From the NCBI GenBank assembly GCA_951406725.2, contig OX597827.1:33852001-33916000 (forward strand): a stretch of DNA of 64,000 nucleotides, given 5' to 3'. Source of the stretch: Octopus vulgaris (lineage: Eukaryota). A program made the translations under genes and the position numbers. Shown one piece after another: positions 23,651 to 36,741 of the stretch. Numbering within the stretch: the stretch's first letter is position 1; every line of letters starts with the position of its first letter. The notes beneath the pieces are model-generated. The model did no database searches. It was given only the letters and a program-made list of their open reading frames with translations, and had not been told where the DNA came from.

Positions 23651-26600
23651 TATTTCTTTATTTTACCTATAAAAGGTTTGCATAGAGGGGACAATGAAGG
23701 ACAGGCAAGGAACACATAAGGGTCAAACGCGCCCATTACACAAATTAAAAACGGATGGGTTTATACATGAGAATAAAATGATATGAAAACGAGTGATTAA
23801 ATTAAAATATAAATGATGGGTATTACATTATTCTATTCGGGTTAGTGGACTAACCCGCCGGTTGGTTTCCTTTTAAGTAATTACTTTCCATTCCCTTGCA
23901 TGTGGACCGACCGTGCAAGCACAGCACCTTGCATACTCAACTTCCTTACAACTCCCATCCATCTTTTACCGAATACTCTTTGCGACAGGCTCCTCCTCTC
24001 CAGACGGATCTTGCAGGAAAGATGGGCGACTAAGTAATTCACCAGGCCACGTCCGGAGATGAATTGGCCTGTCGTGATTCCTTCTGCTTGTGCCTTCTAT
24101 ACCACATCTTTCAGTATGGTTACTATGCAGAGAAAAGCTACCTTCTTTTCTTTGGTGAAAGAAGAAGGTGGTACAATCTTTATCATGGACTCAAACGAGA
24201 GCCGTACTCCCTCTGCATCCGACATCAGCTGTTCAGCAAAGGTCATCAACTCCCTCAACTCCCCACTATACGAAGGCATGCGTAACCGTTTCACTGGCAC
24301 GCCCGCACCTCGGACACTTGCCTAGACAACCTTTCCCGAACCGGTAAGGCCGATCGGTAGCACAACCAGGTCAAGGATTTCTGGTAGTTATCCAGAAATC
24401 CCGACCCAAAAGTCCTCCCGAACAGACTGGCTAGCTGCCCCTTATCGAAGCTTAGAATCTCCTCCAGGTCATCGTCGGACTTAAGCTCTACCAACTTGCT
24501 ATAAAAATCCGCTGTGGTAACCCTGCTGTCAGCATTGCTCACTCGAGAGAGGAGGGAAAGTGTTTGTCTGCACTCCTCCCGTCATTCCCCCAACTTGGGT
24601 CTCCGCGTGATCCATGCACCTAAGTCCACAAGGGACTTCACCTTCGAGAGTACCAACTCGGCATGCGATGACCACACCTGCTCACCATCCAGGTAGCACC
24701 GGAGATGTCTCAGCCTCAGCGCATACTTGCGCATCATTAGCCAGGGAATCCCTAGCCCACCCTTTAACAGTTTCTGACAACAGATGGAGCGCCTCACAAG
24801 TGGAGTTCTACTTCCCCACAAAAAGTGGAAAAGGATCCGCTCCAACTTGGTCAGCCACAAACCGGGGCAAGGCACGACAGTTAGGCGGTAGGTTATCACA
24901 GATGCCATGAACACCTGCGCAACCTCCGCCCTTTCCAACAAGGATAACTTCCTCTCAGACCACTTCTGGGCTATGGATGTCACCTTGCTCGCCACCTCAC
25001 TTCAGTTCTTCTCCACCTGGAGGTCCGGTCCGAACTAGATCCCGAGCATTTAAACCGGGCTCTCCGTCCAGCGCCCGACGACGCTGTTGGGGAGGCATCG
25101 ACTTGCCCCGCCAGGTGCCGAGTTGCAAGTCAACTGATTTTTCCTGGTTAATTTTGGCTCCTGCCACCGTCTCTTGATGGCATCTTCTACGCGAGGTAGC
25201 TGCCCTTCATCAAATACGGTGATGGTGACCTTATCCGCATACGCCGACACATTTCTTCCATAACTCAGATCACGCGGGTCCGTGACTTCCGCAGCAGTGG
25301 CTCAAGCGCCAATACATACAGTAGCGGAGACAGGGGACAGCCCTGGCGAACCGAACGCTCGATCGCGAAAGGGTTCGAGAAGAACCCATTCACCTGGACT
25401 ACAGTTTCGATATTGCCATATATGGCTTTGATCCAGCCTCGGAAGGTCGGGCCAAATCCGGCCGGCCGGAGGACTGCCGCCAGATATTCGTGGTCAACCC
25501 TATCGAATGCTTTAGACTGGTCCAAATTCACCAGTGCTCTACCGTTGCCTTGCACTTTACTCACTCGCTCTATGGTGTAGCGAATGGGGTGAAGGTTGTC
25601 TTGTATCGTCCTTCCTGGGATGGCACATGTCTGTGCTTCTCCCACCAGGTCGCCCACGACAACCCTAACTCTCTTCGCAAGCACCTTGGCCAGAATCTTT
25701 AACTGTGTTTAACAGAGTTATGGGCCTAAAATTATTGACGTTATCCCCCTTGCTCGGGTCCTTCCTGATCAGTGTCACCACTCCTCGGCTAACAGCTTTG
25801 GGAATCCTCCCATTCTGCTGCCAATTCGTGTACACACTGGCCAGTACGTTCCCGAACAAGTCTGGCATGCTACTATAAAATTCGTAAGGAAGACCATCCA
25901 GACCCGGCGACTTGTCCCCGGGACACTCGGACAGTACCTCTCTGATCTCGGCTGTGATTGGTCCTTCGCACGCTCAGTATCACGGGCCGAAAGACGCGGG
26001 CCGCCGGCCAGAAAACACCGTAAGGCATCTCTATGGTCCAACGTCCCGCCCCTCCCGAACAACGCGGCAAAGTGCTTGTGAAAGGCTTTGCATATCTTCT
26101 CTTGTCCTTGGATCTCCTATCCGGACTCATCTGCCAAAGACCCAATCGTAGCATCGATGCCATGTCGGATTTCTTCCGAGCGAGCCCATCTGACAACATT
26201 GATACCTTCACGGCCCATTGCACGTATCCTAGCCCGGACTCTGCATCACTCGTGCTTGGCATTGAGATGTCGGTCCAAAGCCGCTCTCGCCGCCAACGCT
26301 TGTGGTACAGGGCCCGATCTCAGTGCCTCTTCTAATGTCTTAACTAGATCCCTTTCTACTCTAGTCTGCTCTAGACTTAACTGCTTGCTAAATCTAATTG
26401 ACTCAATTCGAAAGGCTCTTTTGAGGGCACTCCACTACCGGTTTTTAATCACCGCACCGGTTAGTGCCCTCTTAACTAACACCTTAATCTGGCTACGGTA
26501 AGCCTCACAATCCAATAGTGTCTTGTTTAGCTTTCAATAGCCAGATCCCTGTCTATGTACCTTATCTATATGCACACCACACGTCACTAATTTGTGATCC

Positions 26601-27400
26601 GTGTAGGGTACATAGGTAAATTGTGGACAAGTACAACTAAACACATCTCTAATACTTACCACTATCCTGTCTATATAAGACCTGATCGATCCGTCATTTC
26701 TTGCCCAAGTCCACATTGGAACGCTCGGATGATCAAGTCTATATCGATCTGCCAGCCTGAATCGCTTCATCAGATCGATGAGGCATGAGTTACCCTTTCT
26801 ATTCTTCGAGCCAACGCTAACCAAGCGTGCATCTAGTATAGCGTTAAAGTCGCCTAACACAACTACTGTCCTCGATGTCACCAGAAAGTTCTCCAGGCGT
26901 CGAAAGAAGTCAACCCGTTTGCCTGCATTCCCAGGCACGTAAATACCAACCAATCTGAAGGCCTTACCACTGTACATTAGATCCAGAACGACCGACTCGT
27001 CTTCCGGGTCCACGAAGATTGTACGTGTCTGTAGAGCCAGGCTTTTCCGGATCATGACTGCCACCCCTATACTCCATCCCTCCTGGCTAGGAGAAATAAT
27101 TTTCTCGTAGTCGTTCAGGAGGGTCGAGAAGGCCTGCAGCTTGCCCAACCTGGTCTCAGTAGCAACCATCACATCTATTCTGTGTGACCTAAGGTCGTCG
27201 AGGAGGCAAGCCTGCTTCCTCTTCGAGCCCAGGCCACGAACATTCAAACATGTGATCCTTAATACGGTCATCCTACGTCATGCGGGAAAAAGAAAGACAC
27301 TTACCATTCCTTTGTATTATTTTATCTTTCAAGGTTCTCAAAACATTTGAGACCATTTCCCGGCTTTCGTCTTTATCTTCCAGGGCGGGTTCAACAACAT
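23651..27400 (-). mobile_element. L1/Tx1-clade LINE, nearly complete ORF2 with frameshifts, ORF1 mostly missing
   Basis: APE endonuclease 26534-27271 (CLNVRG..ETR..GDFN..SYIDRI..TDH); RT fragments LDQSKAFDRV, SVRQGCPLSP, AYADK; 3' end AATAAAGAAATA. Confidence 0.93.
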
Positions 27401-27404
27401 TACT

Positions 27405-28615
27405 TTCCAAATCCGTGGCCACCTCCCAGTATCCCTTCCATCTTTCGTCTATCTCGTATATTTTGTAGGCCTGGATTTATATCCTTTTTCCTCCTTCAGG
27501 AAGTATACTTTCCTGCGCTTTTCCACTTTGGGGTACTCTCCCCTATTGTACATCTCGATCTTCTCCTTGAGTGCTGCGCTTATGACGCCGCGAACTTGAT
27601 TATGACGCCATGTATCTCTTTCTAGTGCTAGTCTGCAGTTTTGACAGAACATGTCTAACCGTCGCTTTCTCTCCGCATCTATACTCATCGGTTGTTTTTA
27701 TGTTACACCGGACTAAGTTCGTCGGTGAGCGTAGAACGTCGAAGGTAGACTTGATCAGGAAGGATGTTTTTGCTTGTTCCCGAGCCCAAAGTTCCTTCCA
27801 TGATATTCTGCGGCTGATCACATATTCCTCCCATCTCAGGCACTGTCCCTGTTGACTACATTGCACCAAATGTACATTTCGCCTTTCTTCTTCCTCCTTT
27901 CTCACTTCGTATACCACTGCCTCTTTCATCTCTTTTATACCGCTCTTGCAAAATGGCCTGAAATTGTGCGATCCTAGGCCAGCTCTTGCTTCTTGCGTCG
28001 CTTCGACTATATCTGCGGGCCTTAGTTTTCCGATCACCCTGTTTACTACCTCTTCCGCCTTCCATTTCCGCCCTGTTCGTACCTTTGGAGGGTTTTCCCG
28101 GATGCTCTGATCTTTTGAATACCTTAGCATCATTACTGTCCTTGCCTTTCCTGCCTTATATTCTTCGGCGATTGATGTTATTGGTAATTGCAGCACGGGT
28201 TTTCCATATAGTGCAATTGTATTCAGTGGTTTCGGCAGACCAAGCCATTTTTTGATAAACACACTGCATCTTTGTTCCATTCTGTCTACTCTACTCGAGG
28301 CTATTTCGTACATTTGCAATGGCCACATTATCCCTGGGTACAGCCCAAATTGCAGTATCCAACATTTGAATTTTCCCGGCAGCGTTGTTCTGTCAATTGC
28401 CTTTAATCCTTGTTCTACTAACTCGTGTGTTTCTTTCCCTTGTTTCTTATCATTTAATAAATCTCTATACCATCTGCCGAGACTCTTTACTGGTTGTTCT
28501 TTCACCGTTGGTGTGTCTTCACCTCCTATCCTGAATTTCACTTCTTGCATTCCTTTCACGAAAGCCACACTTCGAGATTTTTTGGCTTTGAATTCATCCT
28601 TGCCCATCCTATCAG
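27405..28615 (-). mobile_element. HERO-like (R2 superfamily) non-LTR fragment, thumb to zinc-knuckle region
   Basis: PVKSLGRWY..LPGKFKCWILQFGLYP..WPL, RTGRKWKA, SFLIKSTFDVL.SPTNL, then a frameshift into TWRHNQV; truncated before the PD endonuclease motif. Confidence 0.8.
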
Positions 28616-29044
28616 TTCGTCCAATCGCTCTAACGTTTCCTCTGCTGGTGGAGATATGCAGGAAATACCATATGAATTCTAATACTGGACTGCTATTTTA
28701 TGTTATTGACTTCGAAAGGATGAAAGAAAAAAGCAAACTTCAGCAGAATTTGAATATAGGATGTAAAGGGAAATAGTTGTTTAACTGCAAGATATTTTGC
28801 TCAGTTCGCCTATCGATTCTTATCCACCTTCCTTCTCTATTGAGAGACATTTTATTTAAAATTAGATAAATGTGGAGAATCACAGCGTAATTTCAAAATA
28901 AATAAATGAACAAATAGATGAAAGGAAATGTTTAAAAATAACATTGGTTACTCGAGATAACGAAACGAAAAAGAAAAGAAAAAAGGATATTGTTTACTAA
29001 TTCGGTGTACGCAACTGGAGAAGCATTAACTTTAAAAAGCCATT

Positions 29045-29590
29045 TTGTAACATAACATATATACACCGTTGTCAGACAAGAAGTTTCAGTTTTTATCCGA
29101 GGTAAAATCTCTTAAAGCCGTGCTGTGTTTAAAAACACAAATCGTATCAGAGGGTTACGAAAAATCGCTTCTACAGCGGCAAGCGAGAACACTATATATA
29201 TTTCGGCCTGTTTGAGTTTAGTCAATGACGTATACTCGTAACCAGTCACATGCTTAAACGAAATCCATCGTCTTTGAAATAGAGGAAACAGTGGAGAATA
29301 TATTCACTGGTATTGTGGCAATACCAGTGAATATATTATTTAGTGTTTGCCAAAAATTCGGAGGCGGCGAATTTTGTCTTCGCATGCAGTTGCGAGAACA
29401 TGTCATTGACGAGGCTCAACAAGGCCGAAATGCATCTTATACTGTCGCTAGCCGCTGTCGGGACGATATTTCGTTTCTTTCCGATATGTATATATGCTGT
29501 ATATTTAATACAGTATGTCCATAGATTTTATCTCGGATAAAAACTGCAGCTTTTTGCCTGTCAACGATGGATGTATTATATGTTAAGTAT
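29045..29590. repeat. Foldback element: long imperfect inverted arms around a perfect 19-bp hairpin
   Basis: AATATATTCACTGGTATTG-TGG-CAATACCAGTGAATATATT (29297-29337); arms share AGATTTTA.CTCGGATAAAAACTG, TCGCT.GCCGCTGT and AGGCCGAAAT. Confidence 0.85.
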
Positions 29591-29884
29591 GATACGCACA
29601 TGCTTGTATGGTTTAATGCAATTTTTTTTCCTGTTGAAGAGGTGGGGGAAGGTCATTGCGACTCTATTGAATAATTCTGCTCTGGTCTACATTGATCTGA
29701 GCGGCCGAAGTGGTAAGCAAATAATTTAGCTGAATATGAATGATATTTCATAACCGGCTAGATGATACCCTGAGGTGGCAAATATTAATTACTAGAAGTA
29801 TCTTTAGTAGACTATGCAATCGACTGGTAAGATTTGAACTCAGGAACGTAACGCTTTTATTTAATTTGAAGCTGTAAACCCCCT

Positions 29885-29885
<1 letters not shown>

Positions 29886-29980
<95 letters not shown>

Positions 29981-30212
29981 CGGGTCTGTCTGTCTGTCTG
30001 TCTATCTGCATGCATGTATGTATGTATGTAAACATTTTTCTACATTTTACTTTGCCATTGTCAAAATAGAAATAAGAGCAGTAAGGGCTGCAGATAAAAG
30101 GTATTACAATACAACTCATCTTAAAGTTAAAAAAAAAACTAAGCAAAACAAAAAATACTGAGTTATTTCCCTTGCGTCGTTATTTTTATACATGTAATTG
30201 ACAACAAATAAA

Positions 30213-30300
<88 letters not shown>

Positions 30301-30378
30301 GACTATCTATCTGTCTGTCTGCCTATCTGTCTGCCTGTCCGTCTGCCTGTCTGCCTGTCTGCCTGTCTGCCTGTCTGC

Positions 30379-30464
<86 letters not shown>

Positions 30465-30495
30465 GTATATCTGTCTGTCTGTTTGTCTGTCTGTC
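29886..30495. repeat. (TCTA)n/(TCTG)n compound microsatellites
   Basis: Direct reading; two blocks. Confidence 0.95.
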
Positions 30496-30535
30496 CACAA
30501 ACGTACAATCATGCACGCACACATGCAGACACTTG

Positions 30536-30935
30536 TCTTTTATCTTCATTAATTCCAGTCATTAGATTGTGGCCATACTGGGGCTCCGGCTTCAAGAATT
30601 TTGGTCGAATGAATCGACTTGATTGATTCTAGTTTCAGCTCACGAGCTGCGGCCATGTTGGGGCACCGACTTCAGTACTTATTTGTTAAAAAATCTTGAT
30701 ACTATTTCTATCTGCTCTGTAGTCGAACCATTAAGTTATGGAGACATAAACACATCAACACCAAAGGTGGAGGATACAGACACACACATACGCGCGCGAG
30801 TGCGATCACTGAGAAGCTTTTTCAGAATTCGTCAACCAAATCCAATCACAAAGTTTTAGCCGGTCCATAGCTATAGTAGAAGAAACTTGGCCAAAGTGTC
30901 ACGCAGTGGCACTGAACCCGGAACTGCGTGGTGTG
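30536..30935 (-). mobile_element. Degenerate SINE family B
   Basis: Reverse-complement similarity to 59506-59992. Confidence 0.7.
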
Positions 30936-31029
30936 GAAGCGTCTGTGAAAGCAGGAAAATCTGCAGACAAAAAAGACAAAAAAGTAAAGAAAAATCCACA
31001 AGAGTTACTTCCCTTAAACCGCTATTTAA

Positions 31030-31129
<100 letters not shown>

Positions 31130-31328
31130 GACGGACGTGCTGTCACCTCGGCTCCGAAGGTAATCGTTTATTTTGACTATTTATAGCCCATATTTTGTGT
31201 ACATTTTTGTATATAAGGTGTGTAAGGCACCCAACTTTCGTTTGAGTGCTTTTCCAAGGGAGGAATTCGCCCCTAGGGGCAGTTTCAACCCTATTTAATT
31301 TACGTATTTTTCTTCTCGACATTAAAAA

Positions 31329-33155
31329 ATGTCGGTAAATTTTATTTTAGAACGCTGGTCGCGTTCCTTTATGGACCAGCATTTTCCTAGTCTGGAAACG
31401 CTAGGAGGAAAAAAGAACTTATACACGCACACACATTCGACAAAGACAAACCTGAATGACGTGGTAGTGAACGCTGCAACCACTTGCAGTAACAGCCCTG
31501 TCACCACCACCACCACCACCACCACCGCCACCACCACGACCAACATAAATGATAAAAATGAAACTCACGCGAATACTATTAACAAAAACAACAACAACAA
31601 GAAGAACAACAATAAAAATGAACTATCTAATTGTGAAGATGTTAATATAAAAGAATCAACAACACCAGTAAATTTCGCTGACACTCTGCGTCAGAAAAAA
31701 GAAATAGTAAAATTTACGAATGAAGAGTTAATAGAAACGAGAGCACTCTTTACAACCCGAGGGCAAGATTTAGTGCTGCATACACCTCAACACATAAAGG
31801 AACAAATAGAAAATAAGACAATTATATATAAAATTATAAGAAAAAACAAAAAACAAAATGAACAGATTACAAAAACGGATATAGAAAAGTGTTTAAAAAA
31901 CATAATGAAGAAAAAAGAATATATAAACTGGGGTCCCCAGTTTAACACAGTAGTGGTCCGCTTCCCTAACCAGGAAGTGGCAAAAGCTCACTCTACGGAG
32001 TCTTTGGAAAATGATGAAATCATCATGGTACCATACTGCAAAGGCCAGAGAGTGAGTAGAATTACTATTAAAAATGTACCCCCCGAGATTCCTAACAAAT
32101 GGATAACAGGGGCAATCTGTTACTATTTGAAAACTATAAATATCTTAGAGACTGCCGTATACCTAAACGACAATTGGGGTGGAAAAACAATAGTAGTGAC
32201 CATCCAGATTGAGGGGGCCTCTATCGAGAACCTACCTGATAGGATCCACTTAGAAAATGGGCAAAGCCTATATGTTGTAGCAGAAGGCAAAAAGCCTAGA
32301 TGCTACAACTGTGGCAGCCCAGAACATTTAATTGCCAAGTGTGCTCTGGCACAGAAAAAACAAGAAAGAACAAATCAGAAAACAAATAAAAAACCCTTGT
32401 TGCCAACACCAACACCAACACACTCAATTATGGAACAATGCCAAGAAAAACAACAAACCAGCAAACAAACCCCAACAACATCACCAAGAAAAAAAACAGT
32501 ACCAACACAATCACTGTTGACGTCGCAACCAATTCATCATACTGAACCAAAAGATAGACCAACACCAACACCGAGGACAACAATTAAAAAGACAGAAAAC
32601 AGTGACGAGAAGACAAATTCTACCCCTAACACCACAACAACACAAACACCGCACAATGCATCAACAATTTCTACAAGTATACATATTAACGCAAATGCTT
32701 TGCCTTTACCCCCTTCTGATTCGTCGGACGACGAAAGTTCGACGGAACGGCAAATAGCCACAGGGGGTAAAAGGAAAAGATCAAAAAAGCCCACCAAACA
32801 AGGAAGTAAAGCAGGGAGGTATTTAACTCCGGACAACATCCCCCTAGACAATAAAAAAATTAATGAACCCGCAAAACCACACACACAACTAACTGCAATA
32901 GACACAGACAATAAAAAATTAATGGATTATATTGCATCCAACACGGACATCTGTGAAGATGACTTTAAGACAAACAATCATCCGCGCACCACACCACCGA
33001 AACACACAAGAATTGTACACATAACACAAACACAACACCATACACTGAAAACAATATTTCCAAATGCGGTAGGCGGGTTTCAACGATACCTCTCCAAAAA
33101 ACTATACACACACCTCATCAAAGACACTACAAAAGAAGAAGAAGAAGAAAAATGA
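31329..33155 (+). CDS. LINE ORF1 (gag-like nucleic-acid-binding protein, 608 aa)
   Basis: Open frame with CCHC knuckle CYNCGSPEHLIAKC, RRM-like RITIKNVP segment and low-complexity termini; lies directly upstream of the APE ORF. Confidence 0.85.
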   Translation: MSVNFILERWSRSFMDQHFPSLETLGGKKNLYTHTHSTKTNLNDVVVNAATTCSNSPVTTTTTTTTATTTTNINDKNETHANTINKNNNNKKNNNKNELSNCEDVNIKESTTPVNFADTLRQKKEIVKFTNEELIETRALFTTRGQDLVLHTPQHIKEQIENKTIIYKIIRKNKKQNEQITKTDIEKCLKNIMKKKEYINWGPQFNTVVVRFPNQEVAKAHSTESLENDEIIMVPYCKGQRVSRITIKNVPPEIPNKWITGAICYYLKTINILETAVYLNDNWGGKTIVVTIQIEGASIENLPDRIHLENGQSLYVVAEGKKPRCYNCGSPEHLIAKCALAQKKQERTNQKTNKKPLLPTPTPTHSIMEQCQEKQQTSKQTPTTSPRKKTVPTQSLLTSQPIHHTEPKDRPTPTPRTTIKKTENSDEKTNSTPNTTTTQTPHNASTISTSIHINANALPLPPSDSSDDESSTERQIATGGKRKRSKKPTKQGSKAGRYLTPDNIPLDNKKINEPAKPHTQLTAIDTDNKKLMDYIASNTDICEDDFKTNNHPRTTPPKHTRIVHITQTQHHTLKTIFPNAVGGFQRYLSKKLYTHLIKDTTKEEEEEK

Positions 33156-33243
33156 AACTTTCGAAATGAGTAAGTGACCTTCCCCCATGCCTCTTGTCTC
33201 TTCCAATGTAGTGTGTGAAACACAATTTTCGTAAACGTCAATT

Positions 33244-36137
33244 ATGCTTAAATTAGGTTGTGTGAATGCGCGTGGCTTGGTGTCGGCTTGGAAGCAAGGT
33301 TACCTTCTAAACGACATCAAGTCACTGAACGTGGATATAGTAGCTATCAGTGAAACCAGACTCAGCAAGCCGCGGGCCCTCGCGTCCATGTTTGGCGATC
33401 AATTTGACATTTATTTTTCTCCCTGTCTGCCGAACATGGGTGGTGGAGGTACCGCGGTGCTTTTTCGAAAGAGTCTAAATGTAAAAGTAAGAACAATATT
33501 CCTAGACCCGGAGGGTAGGCTGGTTGTCTTGGACGTGGATGGCAGAAATGGGTGTGCATTCCGTCTGATGGCAGTTTATGCACCGTCCTTAACGGGTCGA
33601 GCGGATTTCTTCAGACGTCTAGAGGTTTTCCTGGGTACGTCTAGACCTTTACTGTTAGTAGGGGATTGGAACGCTATCTTGGACACACATCTAGATTATG
33701 TGGGAATGGATAGGAATAGAAGGGGGTGTAAGTGCCTCAAAGACCTACTCAGACGTTTCCATTTGTCTGACAGGTTCCGACTCGACCATCCGAACGTGCC
33801 AACGTGGACTTGGACAAACCGCGTCGGATCGTCGAGATCTTATCTAGATAGAATTCTATGCAGGACAGCGGATAGGGATAGTGTAGGATGTCCACAATTT
33901 AAAATAGTCAGCTACACAGATCACAAATTTGTGACGTGTACGCTCGACTTAGATAAGACACATAGACAGGGTCCCGGTTACTGGAAACTGAACACGTCGC
34001 TCTTAGCGCGACAGGTTTACAGGAACCGGATTAGCGAGTTAATTAAGAGGGCGCTGACGGGAACGGTCGTTAACAACCGCTGGTGGTACGCCCTGAAAAT
34101 GGCAATAAAATCGGAATAAATTAGGTTTAGCAAGGAATTAGCGATAGATCGAAATAGAGTAGAGGGAGACCTGGCTAAGAAACTAGAAGAGGCACTTACC
34201 ACTGGCAGCGCAACCAACGTGCTGGCTGCGAGGATGGCCCTCGACCAACAGCTCAACGCCAAGCACGAAGGTTGCGTCGTCAGAGCTAAAATGTGTGCCT
34301 TAAGGAACGAAGGGATCGAAGCTGCGCGAGAGGCCCGGGTAGCGGAGGCGCAGCGTGGGAACAGAGCCACCATTCGGTCTCTAATAGATCAACAGGGATG
34401 CAGTTTACTCGAACCCGAAAGGATGTGTGAGGCCTTTCAACAGCACTTTGCTCGACTGTTTGGTGCGAGTGGTGGGTCGGAACGCGGGATGGATTTCAAT
34501 GCCTACTTGACCGACTTGCCGCGGCTCTCGGCAAGAGAAGCGGAGTGTTGTGAAAGTCCCATCACAGCCGCTGACGTGCGGGATGCGATGGCGGGCTGCG
34601 CGAGGGATAAGTCGCCTGGATTGGATGGTTTACCCTACGAGCTGTATTGTCAAATGCCAGACTTGTTTGGTGACCTCTTGGCATCAGTCTACTGCAACTG
34701 GCAACAAAACGAGAGAATCCCCGGTTTCGTGAGCCGAAGTGCAGTAACGTTGCTGAAGAAAGAACCAAACAAGGGGAATTTTATAGATAATTTCAGGCCC
34801 ATCACTCTGCTCAACGCAGATTTGAAAATTTTGGCCAAAGTAATAGCTGAGAGGTTGGCGCTTGTCATTGGTAAACTGGTCGACAGGGCGTAAACATGCG
34901 CCATGCTGGGCAGAACCATACATGACAACCTCCATCTGATGCGCTACATTGTGGACAGGGTAGTTAAGGATCCTGGCATGGGTGGGGCGCTGATAAATTT
35001 GGATCAGTCTAAAGCCTTCGATAGGGTTGACCATCGGTACTTGGCGGCCGTCCTCAGGGCGCTGGTTTCGGTCCCGTCTTCCGCGGTTGGATCGCTGCCT
35101 TGTATAGCGGCATCCGATCGGTGATTCGGGTGAACGGTCACCTGTCGAAACCATTTGACATCACGCGTTCGGTCCGTCAGGGGTGTCCCCTGTCGGCACT
35201 TCTGTATGTATTGACTCTCGAGCCGCTACTACGGAAGCTGGCGACACTGAAGGGCATCCCACGGGAACTGGGTTGCGGGACGAGCGTGTTGGCATATGCG
35301 GACGATGTCACCGTCATAGTGTCGAGCGACAAACACATGCAGATGATAGGCAAGACACTAAGAAAATACGAAACGGTGACGGGAGCGAAGATTAACCCGG
35401 AAAAGTCAGTGGGTTTGCTACTCGGCACCTAGAGAAGCAAGCCCATGCCGTCCGACTGCGGCTCAATAGTGGGACGCTGGACGGACGGACCGGTTAAATT
35501 GCTCGGGGTCTGGTTCAGTCCGGACCTCCAAATGGATAAGAACTGGGACGAGATCACGGGTAGAGTGGTCGCTCTCAGCCAAACATGGGCCGAGAGAAAG
35601 CTGTCTCTAAAAGGCCGGGCGGAGGTGGCGAACGCGTACATCGCATCCGTCATCGATTACCGCCTGACCGTCGTGCCTTGTCCCGACGCCAATATCACCA
35701 AACTGGAACGCATACTCTTCCTCTTCCTGTGGAAGGGTGGCGTTCCGATGGTGAGGAAGTCCATTTGCTGTCAACATCCGTTGAATGGAGGACTGGGCAT
35801 GCCGTGGTTGATGATGCGCAGGCATGCGCTGAGACTGCAACATCTCTGGAACTTCATCGACGACGGTGAACAGGTGTGGGCGCCGTTTGTGAAAACGGTT
35901 TTCGTTACGCTGATGGCTATGGCGAAAGAATGTGTGTGGTGGACGCGTTTGAAAGGACTGCAAACAAACACCTTCCTCTCTGGTCAGTCACTCGTCAACT
36001 TTTTCAAGTACCACTTGAAAAGGAGGATGAGAATAGAGAGGAAGGCTTTGTCGAACGAATGTTTTAATAAAAAGTGGGTAAAAGTGGCAAAAATGGTCAG
36101 TATGAAAGACGACACTATTTTAAGCATAAATCTGTAA
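33244..36137 (+). pseudogene. LINE ORF2 (APE endonuclease plus RT), inactivated
   Basis: APE motifs, SPGLDG, FRPITLLN, DQSKAFDRV, QGCPLS, YADD; stops at 34117, 34891 and 35430, frameshift near 35060, internal deletion near 35895. Confidence 0.93.
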
Positions 36138-36414
36138 CCAAAAGAGACAACGAGAAGTAAGGCGACTTACTCATGTGTTCTTTTTCGAACTGTCTTGGTC
36201 TTTTTTGTAGGTTTTTCTTTCCAAGACTACACCTAAACAGTGAACCTTATATATATATATATATTGCTTTTTTATACACCACACAACCCACAGATCCCTA
36301 TTGATCAAACATTTTTCTTTTGCCCCACCCATCCCACCTCGAAAAGAAAAAATTCTACATTGCATTTCGTTCATTTTTATTCTGTGTTTAGCCCTGTGTG
36401 GCTACAATAAAAAG

Positions 36415-36730
<316 letters not shown>

Positions 36731-36741
36731 TCATGTATGTT

